From Kordiimonadaceae bacterium (GTDB lineage: Bacteria; Pseudomonadota; Alphaproteobacteria; Sphingomonadales; Kordiimonadaceae), in NCBI GenBank assembly GCA_014238195.1, contig JABABO010000058.1, positions 1 to 45,194 of the forward strand: a stretch of DNA of 45,194 nt, read 5' to 3'. The translations under genes and the position numbers were made by a program. Shown one piece after another: positions 18,610 through 28,232 of the stretch (position 1 is the first letter of the stretch; every line of letters begins with the position of its first letter). The notes below the pieces were generated by a model, which saw nothing but the letters and a program-made list of their open reading frames with translations, was not told the origin of the DNA and made no database searches.

Positions 18610-20016
18610 ATGGTTAAGCAGTCTTTAAGCCGAGGATATTTCATGATTAGTTTGCTGCGTAAGGTCAAAATTTATTATCGCATTTCTATGCTGACAGGGC
18701 TGTCCTTCATCAGCATGTTTGTTTTATATTTGTTATATTCCAATGCCATTTCACATTTGTTGGTCCATGCCAACGCCGAAGCGTTAAAAGCCTATGAAGC
18801 CGACAGCTTTGTAATAGTCTTTGTGATTACGCCCTTGATCCTTGGGATGGTCGGATTAGCCTATTCTATCATTGCGTCGATTATGCGCCCGCTCCATCGG
18901 TTGCAGAATGATCTTGCCCTTATATCGCAAGGAAAATTTAACCAAGAGCTTCAGGATTTAAATCACCCTGACGGTATCGCTGAAATGGCCCGCGCAACTG
19001 AAAAACTACGACTGGATGTTTTGGAAGCTGAGCGACTGCGCTTTGAGGCGAAAGAAAACCGTCAGGCTGAGACAGAGCGCAAGCGGCTTGAAGCCGAAGA
19101 GAAGATCAAAAATGAGACATCAAGAAGGGCAGAAGAAAAGGCGCATCAGGCACAAGTTGAAACCCAAGCCAAGGCGGCGCAATTAGCACTGGCAGGCAGT
19201 TTTGAAAGCGAAGTTGCAACAGTAACACAATCACTTTCAGCCACAGTCAAAGAATTACAATTAGCCGCAAATACAATGTCAAACGCGATAGAACAAACTA
19301 CCAGTGAAGTAAACAGCGCTGCGCAAGCAACACAGGAAACGGGGGGTAATATGGCGGCGGTTGCCGATGCAGCAGATGGCTTAACCCAAGCAATTGGAGA
19401 AATCCGTACACAAGTGGAACAAGCAACCAATATTACCACAAATGCGCTGGATAAAGCAGCCGAGGCGGAAGAGCGTGTCAAATCCTTAGAAATCGCGTCT
19501 ACCCGCATTGCAGAGGTCGTGCATTTGATCAACGATATCGCTGAGCAAACGAATTTGCTGGCCTTAAATGCCACAATTGAAGCTGCCCGTGCAGGCGATG
19601 CTGGTAAAGGGTTTGCCGTGGTAGCAAGCGAAGTGAAAAACCTAGCAAACCAAACCGCAGGGGCGACGCAGGAAATCGAAGACCAAGTGGGGGCCATGCA
19701 AACAGCCACCAATGAAACTGTGTCATCGGTGAGCGATATCCGTAAAACAATGGACCAAGTGAACCAAATATCAGCGATGATTGCTTCCGCTGTGGTCGAA
19801 CAAGAAGCTGCGACAGGCGAAATAGGCCGTAGCGTGCAAAACGCTAGCATGGGCACCAACATGCTCAGCCAAAATGTTGGAAGTGTGCAAGAAATGGCCC
19901 AGCAAAGCGCTGGCGCTGCCCAAGTGGTGAGCAGTAGCAGCGAAGACCTGTCTGCCCAAGCTGGCGTTCTTGAACAATCGGTACAGCAATTTCTTGAGCG
20001 GGTCCGCAGTGATTAA
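18610..20016 (+). CDS. Methyl-accepting chemotaxis protein (two TM helices, HAMP, signalling domain)
   Basis: Highly conserved MCP hairpin tip LLALNATIEAARAGDAGKGFAVVASEVKNLA. Only about 19 residues lie between the two TM helices. Confidence 0.9.
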   Translation: MVKQSLSRGYFMISLLRKVKIYYRISMLTGLSFISMFVLYLLYSNAISHLLVHANAEALKAYEADSFVIVFVITPLILGMVGLAYSIIASIMRPLHRLQNDLALISQGKFNQELQDLNHPDGIAEMARATEKLRLDVLEAERLRFEAKENRQAETERKRLEAEEKIKNETSRRAEEKAHQAQVETQAKAAQLALAGSFESEVATVTQSLSATVKELQLAANTMSNAIEQTTSEVNSAAQATQETGGNMAAVADAADGLTQAIGEIRTQVEQATNITTNALDKAAEAEERVKSLEIASTRIAEVVHLINDIAEQTNLLALNATIEAARAGDAGKGFAVVASEVKNLANQTAGATQEIEDQVGAMQTATNETVSSVSDIRKTMDQVNQISAMIASAVVEQEAATGEIGRSVQNASMGTNMLSQNVGSVQEMAQQSAGAAQVVSSSSEDLSAQAGVLEQSVQQFLERVRSD

Positions 20017-20119
20017 CGGACAGGCTAGGTTTTTGCTGATGCATCGCATCTCATTCGTCATTCAATAAGGCTACTGCGTCACTTTTCCGTGCAAAATTCC
20101 CACGCTCACAGGCTTATCA

Positions 20120-20968
20120 TCATGGGAAAATAACTGTCTTGGGACCGTTAATGAAAGCGCGGTGTTCCGAATGGAGTTTAATCGCCCGTGCCAATGTTTG
20201 CGCTTCAACATCACGTCCAATCATCACCAGGTCGTCGGCGGACATTGAATGATCAACGCGCGATACGGTTTGCTCAATAATGGGGCCTTCATCTAGGTCT
20301 GCTGTCACATAATGGGCGGTTGCACCAATCAATTTAACGCCGCGCTCATAAGCACGGTGGTAGGGCATGGCTCCTTTGAAACTCGGTAAAAAAGAGTGAT
20401 GGATATTGATGATGTTGCCTGAATAGTCCTCGCAAAACTTTTCAGACAAGACTTGCATATAACGCGCTAGAACAATCAATTCGGTCCCTGTCTGTTGAAT
20501 GACGGCACGCAGTTCGGCTTCAGCTTCGGGCTTCGTATCTTTGGTGACAGGAATGTAATGAAATGGTATACCTGCGCTTTCAACCTGCTTTCGGTGTGTT
20601 TCGTGATTTGAAACAACAGCAGGTATCGTAATATTCAGCGCACCAGTATTGTAACGGTACAATAAATCATTCAAGCAATGATCAAATTTTGAGACCATAA
20701 TAAGCGTTGGTGTCTTTTGTGATTCAACAGTTATCTGGGTTTGCAACTCGAACTTTTCTGCTACGTCCTTAAGGGCATTACGAAAGGCTGGCATTTCGGC
20801 TTCTGGCATAGAAAAACAAATCCGTGAGAAATATTCCTCTGAATTTGGTGTGCCAAACTGTGCCAACTCATGGATAAAACCATTGTGCTGACTTAAGCAT
20901 CTTGTAGTTTCAGCGACAATACCGAGCTTATCTGCAGACGTTGTCGTTAAGATATATCGTTTTCCCAT
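20120..20968 (-). CDS. purU: Formyltetrahydrofolate deformylase
   Basis: 282 aa with an N-terminal ACT-like region plus a formyltransferase core (NIHHSFLP, HYVTADLDEGPII). Confidence 0.9.
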   Translation of the reverse strand: MGKRYILTTTSADKLGIVAETTRCLSQHNGFIHELAQFGTPNSEEYFSRICFSMPEAEMPAFRNALKDVAEKFELQTQITVESQKTPTLIMVSKFDHCLNDLLYRYNTGALNITIPAVVSNHETHRKQVESAGIPFHYIPVTKDTKPEAEAELRAVIQQTGTELIVLARYMQVLSEKFCEDYSGNIINIHHSFLPSFKGAMPYHRAYERGVKLIGATAHYVTADLDEGPIIEQTVSRVDHSMSADDLVMIGRDVEAQTLARAIKLHSEHRAFINGPKTVIFP

Positions 20969-21180
20969 AATCTTCAGGCTTTCTCTTCATAAAAAATGGA
21001 TACACTAAAGCGCATGATATCCGCAGCCGAGAGAGTGGCTTGGGGACATGCTTTACGGACAGGCTTGCAAAAGTGTCTTCCCTACGGCTTTAAGTAAAAG
21101 ACACCTTGATGAAAAAAGAAAGTGATATATATTACGTAATTAGTGACTTTTACTCATGAATCATCAGGGGGAACCTCAGT

Positions 21181-22119
21181 GTGAAAAAAAACGAGCAGAA
21201 AATTCACATGCCCTCGTTTGCAACATTGAGAAGTTTTGAATGTGCAGCACGTCATGAAAGCTTTACCCTAGCTTCGGAAGAGCTGCACCTTACGCAAAGC
21301 GCGATCAGCCGACAGATAAAGGAACTGGAAGCTATAACGGGCATTATACTTTTCAGGCGTGTTGGAAGACGTGTGGTGTTAACCGATGCAGGGCGGGTGC
21401 TTGCGAAGGATATTTCTGTTGATCTTGAACGGGTGTATGAAACCGTTTCTCGTGCGGTATTGGCAGGAAATGAGCGATCAGTTTTGAAGGTTGCGGCCTT
21501 ACCCACTCTTGCTGATCGGTGGTTGATTCCGCGCTTACCTAGGTTCATAAATCAAAATCCAGACATAAAAATTAGCATGTCTACACGGCTGGAACCTTTT
21601 GATCTGAACAAAGAAAGATTTGACATGGCAATCCATTTTGGTGCTGCAGATTGGCCTGATACCAAAATGGTAAAACTGTTTACAGAAAAATTGTTTGCAG
21701 TGGCTTCAGTGGCTTTTAAGAATCAGCATAACATCAATGACGAAATAACTATAAACGAAGTCCCCCTGCTAAACCTGAATTCACGGCCAAACGATTGGAG
21801 TGACTGGTTTAGTAATATTGGCACCAACATTGGTCATATTAACTACGCCATGCAGTTCGATCAGTTTTCTATGATAACTGCCGCCGCCAATGCGTCTTTG
21901 GGCGCTGCTCTCCTGCCGTCCTATTTAATAGAAAAAGAGCTCGCAAATAGAGATCTAGTGTGTCTTAGCAAAACGCCGTTATTGACCGAAAATAAATATT
22001 TTGTCGTCACGCCATCGGGTAATGAAAACCCACAAGTCAACAAATTTATACAATGGATTAAATCGGAAATTGCATCTGGTCTGGCTTTTCCTATGGCGGA
22101 ACAAGATGCAACACTATAG
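21181..22119 (+). CDS. LysR-family transcriptional regulator (GcvA-like)
   Basis: HTH region FATLRSFECAARHESFTLASEELHLTQSAISRQIKELE. GTG 21181 has AGGGGGA upstream; ATG 21208 is an alternative start. The stop codon TAG (22117-22119) lies inside the 106-bp repeat. Confidence 0.88.
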   Translation: MKKNEQKIHMPSFATLRSFECAARHESFTLASEELHLTQSAISRQIKELEAITGIILFRRVGRRVVLTDAGRVLAKDISVDLERVYETVSRAVLAGNERSVLKVAALPTLADRWLIPRLPRFINQNPDIKISMSTRLEPFDLNKERFDMAIHFGAADWPDTKMVKLFTEKLFAVASVAFKNQHNINDEITINEVPLLNLNSRPNDWSDWFSNIGTNIGHINYAMQFDQFSMITAAANASLGAALLPSYLIEKELANRDLVCLSKTPLLTENKYFVVTPSGNENPQVNKFIQWIKSEIASGLAFPMAEQDATL

Positions 22120-22220
22120 CGAGACCAATGAATAATGAGTTCATTATTTATTGAGGAGTCGAACCGACATAAATACTTATAGCCAATTGAGGTGATCAAT
22201 ATTCACCGCAATTGGTTATA
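22115..22220 (+). repeat. Copy A of a 106-bp hairpin-rich repeat element (partner at 35616-35721)
   Basis: Gap-free alignment to 35616-35721 with about 10 mismatches in 106 nt. It contains CAATGAATAATGA-gt-TCATTATTTATTG and TATAGCCAATTGAGGTGA-tcaatat-TCACCGCAATTGGTTATA inverted repeats. Confidence 0.9.
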
Positions 22221-22230
22221 TGAACAGCCT

Positions 22231-23193
22231 TTAGAAATCCCGTCGCAGCGCTGTTACCATTTCTAGGGTCGCAGTGGCCAGATTAATACGGTCCTGAAGC
22301 GAGCGCATGATAACATTTGTGTTTTCAACCGCTATGCCCAGCTCCTCGATTTCACTTGTGAGGGAGGTATCGGTATCATCTATAATCCAGCCATCAACAA
22401 TGTCTTGATAATGGGCCGCGATCTGCCGGCTTGAACAGGCCAAGCCAAGCTCCTGCATGATTTTTGATGTTGGCCCTTTGAGCGAATCACCAGCAACAAC
22501 GGGCGATATACCAATAACACAGGCTTTGCTGGCGGCCAGCAGGTCACGTACATTTGGTAAGGCTAATATGGGTTCCATGCTCAAGTACGGATTGGATGGA
22601 CATAAAATAAAGGCATCAATGGTGTCGCTTTCTAGTAACTGTTGGAACCGACTGGTGGGCAGAGCCGTTTCAATACCGTCAAATGAAATCTCTCGCACGG
22701 CAGGTTTGCATTGGTGCTTTACAAAATATTCCTGAAAATCAAGGATGCCGTCATCGGTTGTTATCCTCGTTCGGACAGGGTCGTCGCTCATGGGAATGAT
22801 TTGATTGTTTATGCCGCGTCTGCGTGCGAGTTGCTGTGTTATGTCGCTCAGTGACATACCAGCTTGAAGCGCAGCCGTGCGATAAACGTTGGTGGCTAGG
22901 TCCTTGTCGCCAAGTTGGAACCATGTCTCGCCGCCAAGCTCTTTTAGTGCGGACATAAACGACCAAGTTTCGCCATTTCTACCCCAGCCAGTTTTCGGAT
23001 TTTCCAGACCAGACAGTGTATAAAGCAAAGTGTCAATATCAGGGGAAATATGAAGCCCCAAATGCTGAAAATCGTCGCCTGTATTGACCACAAGGCTTAG
23101 GTTTTCTGGGGATAGAACTTTGGTCAAACCCAATGCTAGCTTCGCCCCACCCACGCCGCCTGTAAGGGCAACTATGTTAAGGTCTTTGCTCAC
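22231..23193 (-). CDS. cofD: 2-phospho-L-lactate transferase (F420 biosynthesis, CofD/FbiA)
   Basis: N-terminal signature ALTGGVGGAKLALGL...VVNTGDDFQHLGLHISPDIDTLLYTL. Confidence 0.9.
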   Translation of the reverse strand: MSKDLNIVALTGGVGGAKLALGLTKVLSPENLSLVVNTGDDFQHLGLHISPDIDTLLYTLSGLENPKTGWGRNGETWSFMSALKELGGETWFQLGDKDLATNVYRTAALQAGMSLSDITQQLARRRGINNQIIPMSDDPVRTRITTDDGILDFQEYFVKHQCKPAVREISFDGIETALPTSRFQQLLESDTIDAFILCPSNPYLSMEPILALPNVRDLLAASKACVIGISPVVAGDSLKGPTSKIMQELGLACSSRQIAAHYQDIVDGWIIDDTDTSLTSEIEELGIAVENTNVIMRSLQDRINLATATLEMVTALRRDF

Positions 23194-23990
23194 TGAAATA
23201 AATCCCGGTCTTTTGGTCTTACCAAGGGCGCTGTGTGCACTGCTGGATCAAGCCTTGAAACGTTAAGGCCCCGTAAAACAACGGCTGGCTTGCCTTCTGC
23301 CCCTTGCCCCATCAGTAGCGCCGCTGCCGCCGCCACTTCGTCTGCGATAGCCACTTCGGAAACACGAAGTTCACGGCCATATAAGTCTATTGAAGCGCGT
23401 AAATCCACAACAGCTGGTATCCCAGCAATACCGATTGCGTGTCCTGCTATCCCGTTTCTCCAAGCCCTGCCAATACTGTCGCTCACAATAACCGCAATAT
23501 TGACACCCAAGCGTTTTTTGAGCTCTGCTTGCAAATCACTCGCGGATTTATCTGGGTCAACGGGCAACAGTAACGCCGTATTATCCGTAACATTTGACTG
23601 GTCAATGCCAGCGTTGGCCATCACGAAACCAAGGGTGTGCCTAACAATAACAAGGCCGTCCATCTGGCGAACAACTTCGGATGATTCGCTCAAGATAAGC
23701 TCAACAAGTCGCGGGTCTTTACCCGTTTCATCTGCGAGCTTGCATGCAGCAGGGGAAGGGGTGACAGATTTTAGCTGGACCAAGCGCCCTTCTGCTTTCG
23801 AGACTATCTTTTGGGCAAGAACTAAGACGTCATTGTCGCGCAGTTCAATGTTAGTAGCGCTAAGCCCTTGCGTGATAATATCAGCAAGATTGTCCCCTTC
23901 ATTGACCATGGGGATGCCTGCAAGCGCATTAAGTTCAACATGGTCAGCCGTATAATCTTGGCTCAAGATATTTTCCTTTTTGGCAGCCAT
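23190..23990 (-). CDS. cofE: Coenzyme F420-0:L-glutamate ligase (CofE; ligase domain only)
   Basis: 266 aa, with AGIPMVNEGDNLADII and LVLAQKIVSKAEGR motifs typical of CofE. There is no C-terminal nitroreductase-like domain. An ATGA overlap joins it to cofD. Confidence 0.85.
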   Translation of the reverse strand: MAAKKENILSQDYTADHVELNALAGIPMVNEGDNLADIITQGLSATNIELRDNDVLVLAQKIVSKAEGRLVQLKSVTPSPAACKLADETGKDPRLVELILSESSEVVRQMDGLVIVRHTLGFVMANAGIDQSNVTDNTALLLPVDPDKSASDLQAELKKRLGVNIAVIVSDSIGRAWRNGIAGHAIGIAGIPAVVDLRASIDLYGRELRVSEVAIADEVAAAAALLMGQGAEGKPAVVLRGLNVSRLDPAVHTAPLVRPKDRDLFQ

Positions 23991-26353
23991 TTGGGCACAT
24001 TGTTTACCAAAGGTTTCAAGGGCTGTTCCTTTAATACATGGTCAAGGCGGCGGTCATCTATTTTGTTATACAGTGTGGTGCGTTGCTGGGGGGTGCGGTT
24101 AATGTCCCTGATCAGCTGCTCCATCTGTGCAGCAGAACATTCCTGACCATGTTGGCTACCAGCAGCCCTACTGATACTTTCGTTCATCAAGGTACCACCT
24201 AGGTCGTTGCAGCCAGCCTGCAGACATGCTTTCGCACCGTCCAACCCCATCTTTGTCCATGAGGTTTGAATATTGTCGATAAAAGGGTTTAAAACCAGTC
24301 GGGCAACAGCATGCATTAGGACAGCTTCACGGTAAGTCGGGCCAGACCGTGCTTGCCCCCTTAAATAGACGGGTGCTTCCATATGAACAAAGGGTAACGG
24401 GACAAATTCTGTGATGCCGCCTGTTTCTGCTTGTAGATGCCGCAGGTGCAGTAGGTGCCGTGCCCAGTGTATCGGCTTTTCGATATGACCAAACATAATA
24501 GTGGAGGTCGTTTTTAGTCCAACCTTGTGTGCTGTAGATATGACATCCAGCCATTCTTCAGTGCCCAATTTATCTGAGCATATTTGTGTACGAATTTCAT
24601 CATCGAGTATTTCTGCGGCTGTACCTGGTAATGAATTTAACCCTGCTTGCTTCAACTGTTCCAGAAAATTGGCAACTGTCATGCCGTTGGTTTTTGCGCC
24701 TTGGGAAACTTCAAGTGCTGAAAATGCATGGATGTGCATTTCTGGCACGGCTGCTTTGATTGCCCGGCATATTTCAAGATATGTTTCGCCTGTATAGTCG
24801 GGATGAATACCCCCTTGCAGACACACTTCTGTTGCGCCGCGGTCATACGCCTCACGGGCTCTGCGCGCGATCTCATCCAGTTCCAAGTCATACGCTTTGC
24901 CGCGCAGCTTTTCATTCTTCTTACCTTTGGAAAATGCACAGAAAGTGCATTTAAAGGTGCAGACATTTGTATAGTTGATATTTCTGTTAATGACGTATGT
25001 CACCTTGTCCCCTACGTGCGACCGTCTCAGATTGTCAGCTGCGGTGCAGACCATTGTAAAGGCTTCACCCCTCGTCTTAAAAAGCTGTACAATTTCGCCT
25101 TCGGACAGCTCGTCACCACTGGTGCACCGTGAAAGAAGGGATTGCAAAGTTTGACCTTGCGGTGCTGATCTGCTGACCTGTTTTATAGGCACAGCAGTTT
25201 TAATGTTTGGTATGGCAATATTTTGGCCAGGTGACCAAGCGTCTTCCTTTGGGTAGCCTTCGCTGTCGGTACACTGGGTTACAGGTGTCAAAAATTTGCG
25301 ATCAAGCCATTTTTCGGTATTCTCGGTATACTCAGGATAAACAGCTAATCGTTCCACAAGTTCTTTACCTGCGTCCTGTATTTGCTGTCGCAGGACTTCT
25401 ATGTGGGGCCAAGGTGCTTCTGGGTTCACAAAATCTGGGGTAACTGGTGACACACCGCCCAGATCGTTTATCCCAGCGGTAATCAGTTGATGCAGCTCAC
25501 CCTTATTCAAATTAGGTGGTGCTTGGATATTCATCGTGCTGCCAAAGATCAGACGGGTTGCTGCGATGGTCCAGACAAGCTCATCTATGGTGGCGGCGGG
25601 CGCATCTGACATTTTTGTATCGGGTTTTGGACAAAAGTTTTGAATGATAATTTCTTGTATATGCCCATATTCAAGATGCAGGTCATGTAAGGCACGAAGC
25701 GACTGCAATCTTTCTTTCCTAGTTTCGCCGATTCCAATCAAAATACCAGAAGTGAATGGCACTCCCAGCTTTCCAGCTTGGCGAATAGTTTCCAAACGTA
25801 TGGCGGGGTTTTTGTCTGGTGATCCGTAGTGCGGGCCGCCTTTCTCGCATAGTCTTTGTGAGATGTTTTCCAGCATCAACCCCTGCGAAATCGATACTTT
25901 CCTGAGCATGGCGATTTCTTCGCCAGACATCACACCAGCATTGATATGAGGAAAGAGCCCAGTTTCCTTGAAAACCAGTTCCGCCATCTCTGCAACATAT
26001 TCGAGCGTTGTACTATGGCCCAGTTTGGCCAATTCCTGACGTGCGACTTTGTATCTCAGTTCGGGTTTGTCACCTAAGGTAAATAAAGCTTCCTTGCACC
26101 CAGCTGCGGCCCCTGCGCGTGCCACCGCCAATACTTCGTCGCGTGACATATAGGCACTTTGCAGGTTGCGCGGCGTTTTTGCATACGTACAGTAATGACA
26201 CGTGTCTCTGCAAAGCCGTGTGAGCGGAATGAATACTTTCTTTGAAAAACTGATGGTTTCGCCGTGAGTTTTATTGCGAAGCTGTTGTGCAATGTCGAGC
26301 ATATCATGCGTCGCTGTATCCGCTGTGACCGAAAAGTTAGAAGTTTCAAACAT
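23963..26353 (-). CDS. fbiC: Bifunctional FO synthase FbiC (CofG + CofH radical-SAM domains)
   Basis: 796 aa with two CxxxCxxC radical-SAM motifs, CRDTCHYCTY (N-terminal half) and CTFKCTFCAF (C-terminal half). Confidence 0.93.
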   Translation of the reverse strand: MFETSNFSVTADTATHDMLDIAQQLRNKTHGETISFSKKVFIPLTRLCRDTCHYCTYAKTPRNLQSAYMSRDEVLAVARAGAAAGCKEALFTLGDKPELRYKVARQELAKLGHSTTLEYVAEMAELVFKETGLFPHINAGVMSGEEIAMLRKVSISQGLMLENISQRLCEKGGPHYGSPDKNPAIRLETIRQAGKLGVPFTSGILIGIGETRKERLQSLRALHDLHLEYGHIQEIIIQNFCPKPDTKMSDAPAATIDELVWTIAATRLIFGSTMNIQAPPNLNKGELHQLITAGINDLGGVSPVTPDFVNPEAPWPHIEVLRQQIQDAGKELVERLAVYPEYTENTEKWLDRKFLTPVTQCTDSEGYPKEDAWSPGQNIAIPNIKTAVPIKQVSRSAPQGQTLQSLLSRCTSGDELSEGEIVQLFKTRGEAFTMVCTAADNLRRSHVGDKVTYVINRNINYTNVCTFKCTFCAFSKGKKNEKLRGKAYDLELDEIARRAREAYDRGATEVCLQGGIHPDYTGETYLEICRAIKAAVPEMHIHAFSALEVSQGAKTNGMTVANFLEQLKQAGLNSLPGTAAEILDDEIRTQICSDKLGTEEWLDVISTAHKVGLKTTSTIMFGHIEKPIHWARHLLHLRHLQAETGGITEFVPLPFVHMEAPVYLRGQARSGPTYREAVLMHAVARLVLNPFIDNIQTSWTKMGLDGAKACLQAGCNDLGGTLMNESISRAAGSQHGQECSAAQMEQLIRDINRTPQQRTTLYNKIDDRRLDHVLKEQPLKPLVNNVPKWLPKRKIS

Positions 26354-27102
26354 TAAACGCCTCCCGCTAACCTAGTTTCATCAGTGAAATAATTTGGTTC
26401 ATAGGCGATATCAGCGTTACAGGTTTCCTGAATTTTGTCAGCAATGCCACTGGTTGATACATAGTGTTGCGTGTGCGATGAACAGCGCCGCTTCATCAGC
26501 GCGGCGATATCTTCTTCTGTATCTATATCCAGCCCCAAACCATCTAGTTTTTCAATGTTTACAGTCAGACCGCTTTTATGGGCAGATTTCTGGGCAAGCT
26601 GTCTGTGCTTTTCAAAGGAATTGAGGCCAAACGAAAATGGGATCACCGAACGGCGTGAACAAGCAATACTATTGGTCCCAGTACAAGCTTGGTCGGGAAC
26701 AATAGTGATGCCCCTATGTGTCAGAAGATTCTGACAAACCTGATCTATTTCTTGACTGGTAACCAGTGGAACATCACCTGGAAGTGTTATGATATTCGCA
26801 ACACCGTCATCAAATAGGGCTTGCGCTGCCATCTCAACCGATGCTGAAAGGCCAATGTCACCGTCTGTTCTGATAACACGACCACCGAATAATTGAGCGC
26901 GGGATATAGTATAGTCATCACAGGTAACGACGACCAGACCCTTAAGAAAACGGGCCCCGTTAATTGCAATCAGAACATCTTCAAACATTTTTTCAGACAG
27001 GGCCTGACGTTCGAATTTGGACAAACTATGCCCTAAGCGCTGCTTGGCTAAATGACGTGATTTTAATGGCAAGATAGCCCATATTTGATCATCAGACTGC
27101 AC
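26353..27102 (-). CDS. cofC: Phospholactate / phosphoenolpyruvate guanylyltransferase (CofC/FbiD)
   Basis: ILPLKSRHLAKQRLG, TGTNSI, FGLNSFEKH and LDIDTEEDI match the CofC pattern. A 1-nt TAATG overlap joins it to fbiC. Confidence 0.82.
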   Translation of the reverse strand: MQSDDQIWAILPLKSRHLAKQRLGHSLSKFERQALSEKMFEDVLIAINGARFLKGLVVVTCDDYTISRAQLFGGRVIRTDGDIGLSASVEMAAQALFDDGVANIITLPGDVPLVTSQEIDQVCQNLLTHRGITIVPDQACTGTNSIACSRRSVIPFSFGLNSFEKHRQLAQKSAHKSGLTVNIEKLDGLGLDIDTEEDIAALMKRRCSSHTQHYVSTSGIADKIQETCNADIAYEPNYFTDETRLAGGV

Positions 27103-27773
27103 TAATCGGTTCCAGTAATTTTTATTCCTGCACCATGAATTCCGTATTTTTTGTTAAGGAAAATAAGCACGGATGTCAATGCTTCACCCACGACAGAATT
27201 ATCAATTGGCCCAGCATGCCAGCCACGAAGACCTGTTGCCTCTACCAGTTGTAATACTTGCTCGCGAGCATCATTGCTATTACCAAATACCAGCACGTGA
27301 CTGTCATCTTGAGAATTTTCATCTTGCAAATGAGCTGCGGCGACATTGTGAAATGCTGAGACGACCTTAACATTATCACCGAGAAAAGTTTGTGCCGACT
27401 TGGCAACCGGCCATTCATCGGTTAGCTGAACTCGGGCAACCTTTGGCGGCACTAAGGGTACCGTTGTATCAACCAGAATTTTGCCTTGGACTGCATCCTT
27501 AATATCTTCAAGTGTTGAATTGTGATGCGCGTTTGGTACGGTGAGCACAACAATGTCTGCTCCCAGTGCGGCTTCCACATTACTAGCGGCCCTAACAGTA
27601 GAAGAGGGAACTTTCTCTTTTAAAGCCGCTGCTGCTGCGATTGCTTTGTCTTCAGACCGTGAACCAATGACAACATCATATCCTGCCAGTATCCAACGAT
27701 AGGCAAGGCCAGAACCAAGGGAGCCTGTTCCTCCCAATACTGCTATGCGCGGGCGTGTTTGTGAATCTGTCAT
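27102..27773 (-). CDS. fno: NADPH-dependent F420 reductase (Fno/NpdG)
   Basis: 223 aa with the Rossmann start IAVLGGTGSLGSGLAYRWILAGYDVVIGSRSEDKA. It is embedded between the thioesterase and cofC genes with overlapping stop/start codons. Confidence 0.82.
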   Translation of the reverse strand: MTDSQTRPRIAVLGGTGSLGSGLAYRWILAGYDVVIGSRSEDKAIAAAAALKEKVPSSTVRAASNVEAALGADIVVLTVPNAHHNSTLEDIKDAVQGKILVDTTVPLVPPKVARVQLTDEWPVAKSAQTFLGDNVKVVSAFHNVAAAHLQDENSQDDSHVLVFGNSNDAREQVLQLVEATGLRGWHAGPIDNSVVGEALTSVLIFLNKKYGIHGAGIKITGTD

Positions 27774-28222
27774 GTTTCATTTCCTTTTTTAGCCGTGAAA
27801 TTCTTATTTTCTAACATAGAGTAGCAGGCCCGTCCAACCGCAATAAGCCGCTCATTTTTATTGAATACATCGACATCAATAAGCGCAATTGATCGGCCTG
27901 ACTTGCGAATGTGCGCGTTAACAACCAGATCTGTATCATGACCTGGGTATAGATAGTCAGTCCTAAAGTTAACCGTTGGTCCAAGCTCGTCAGCCACCAT
28001 GAGAAGGGCGTAGCAGCCAACTGAATCTATCGCTGCTGAAATGGCACCGCCATGCCACTGGTTTGTGCCAGGTTGCCGCTCCAGTGTTTTGGACATTTTT
28101 AGCTTAGCGCTGAGTGTAAGGGTCTCATAGTCAATGCTTGTAATCTCGGGCGTGAAAAGTTGATGAAACTTTGATTTTTCTATCTGTGCCTGAATGTCCG
28201 AACATGTAAGTTGATTTGACAT
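27770..28222 (-). CDS. PaaI-type hotdog-fold thioesterase
   Basis: 150 aa with the WHGGAISAAIDSVGCYA motif characteristic of PaaI/4HBT-class thioesterases. Confidence 0.75.
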   Translation of the reverse strand: MSNQLTCSDIQAQIEKSKFHQLFTPEITSIDYETLTLSAKLKMSKTLERQPGTNQWHGGAISAAIDSVGCYALLMVADELGPTVNFRTDYLYPGHDTDLVVNAHIRKSGRSIALIDVDVFNKNERLIAVGRACYSMLENKNFTAKKGNET

Positions 28223-28232
28223 AATTATCCAT

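Noticed and set aside
20969-21180. Possible riboswitch (ZTP/pfl, THF or glycine class) in the purU leader. A hairpin AAGTGTCTT...AAGACACCT lies at about 21070-21107.
   Set aside because: I could not find the conserved cores of those riboswitch classes by eye. What remains is one isolated hairpin in a divergent promoter region. A covariance-model scan would be needed.
22155-22165. The minus-strand sequence GGTTCGACTCC inside the 106-bp repeat resembles a tRNA T-arm, hinting at a tRNA-derived att site.
   Set aside because: The flanking bases cannot form the 5-bp T-stem. No acceptor, D or anticodon arms can be drawn, so the resemblance is probably fortuitous.
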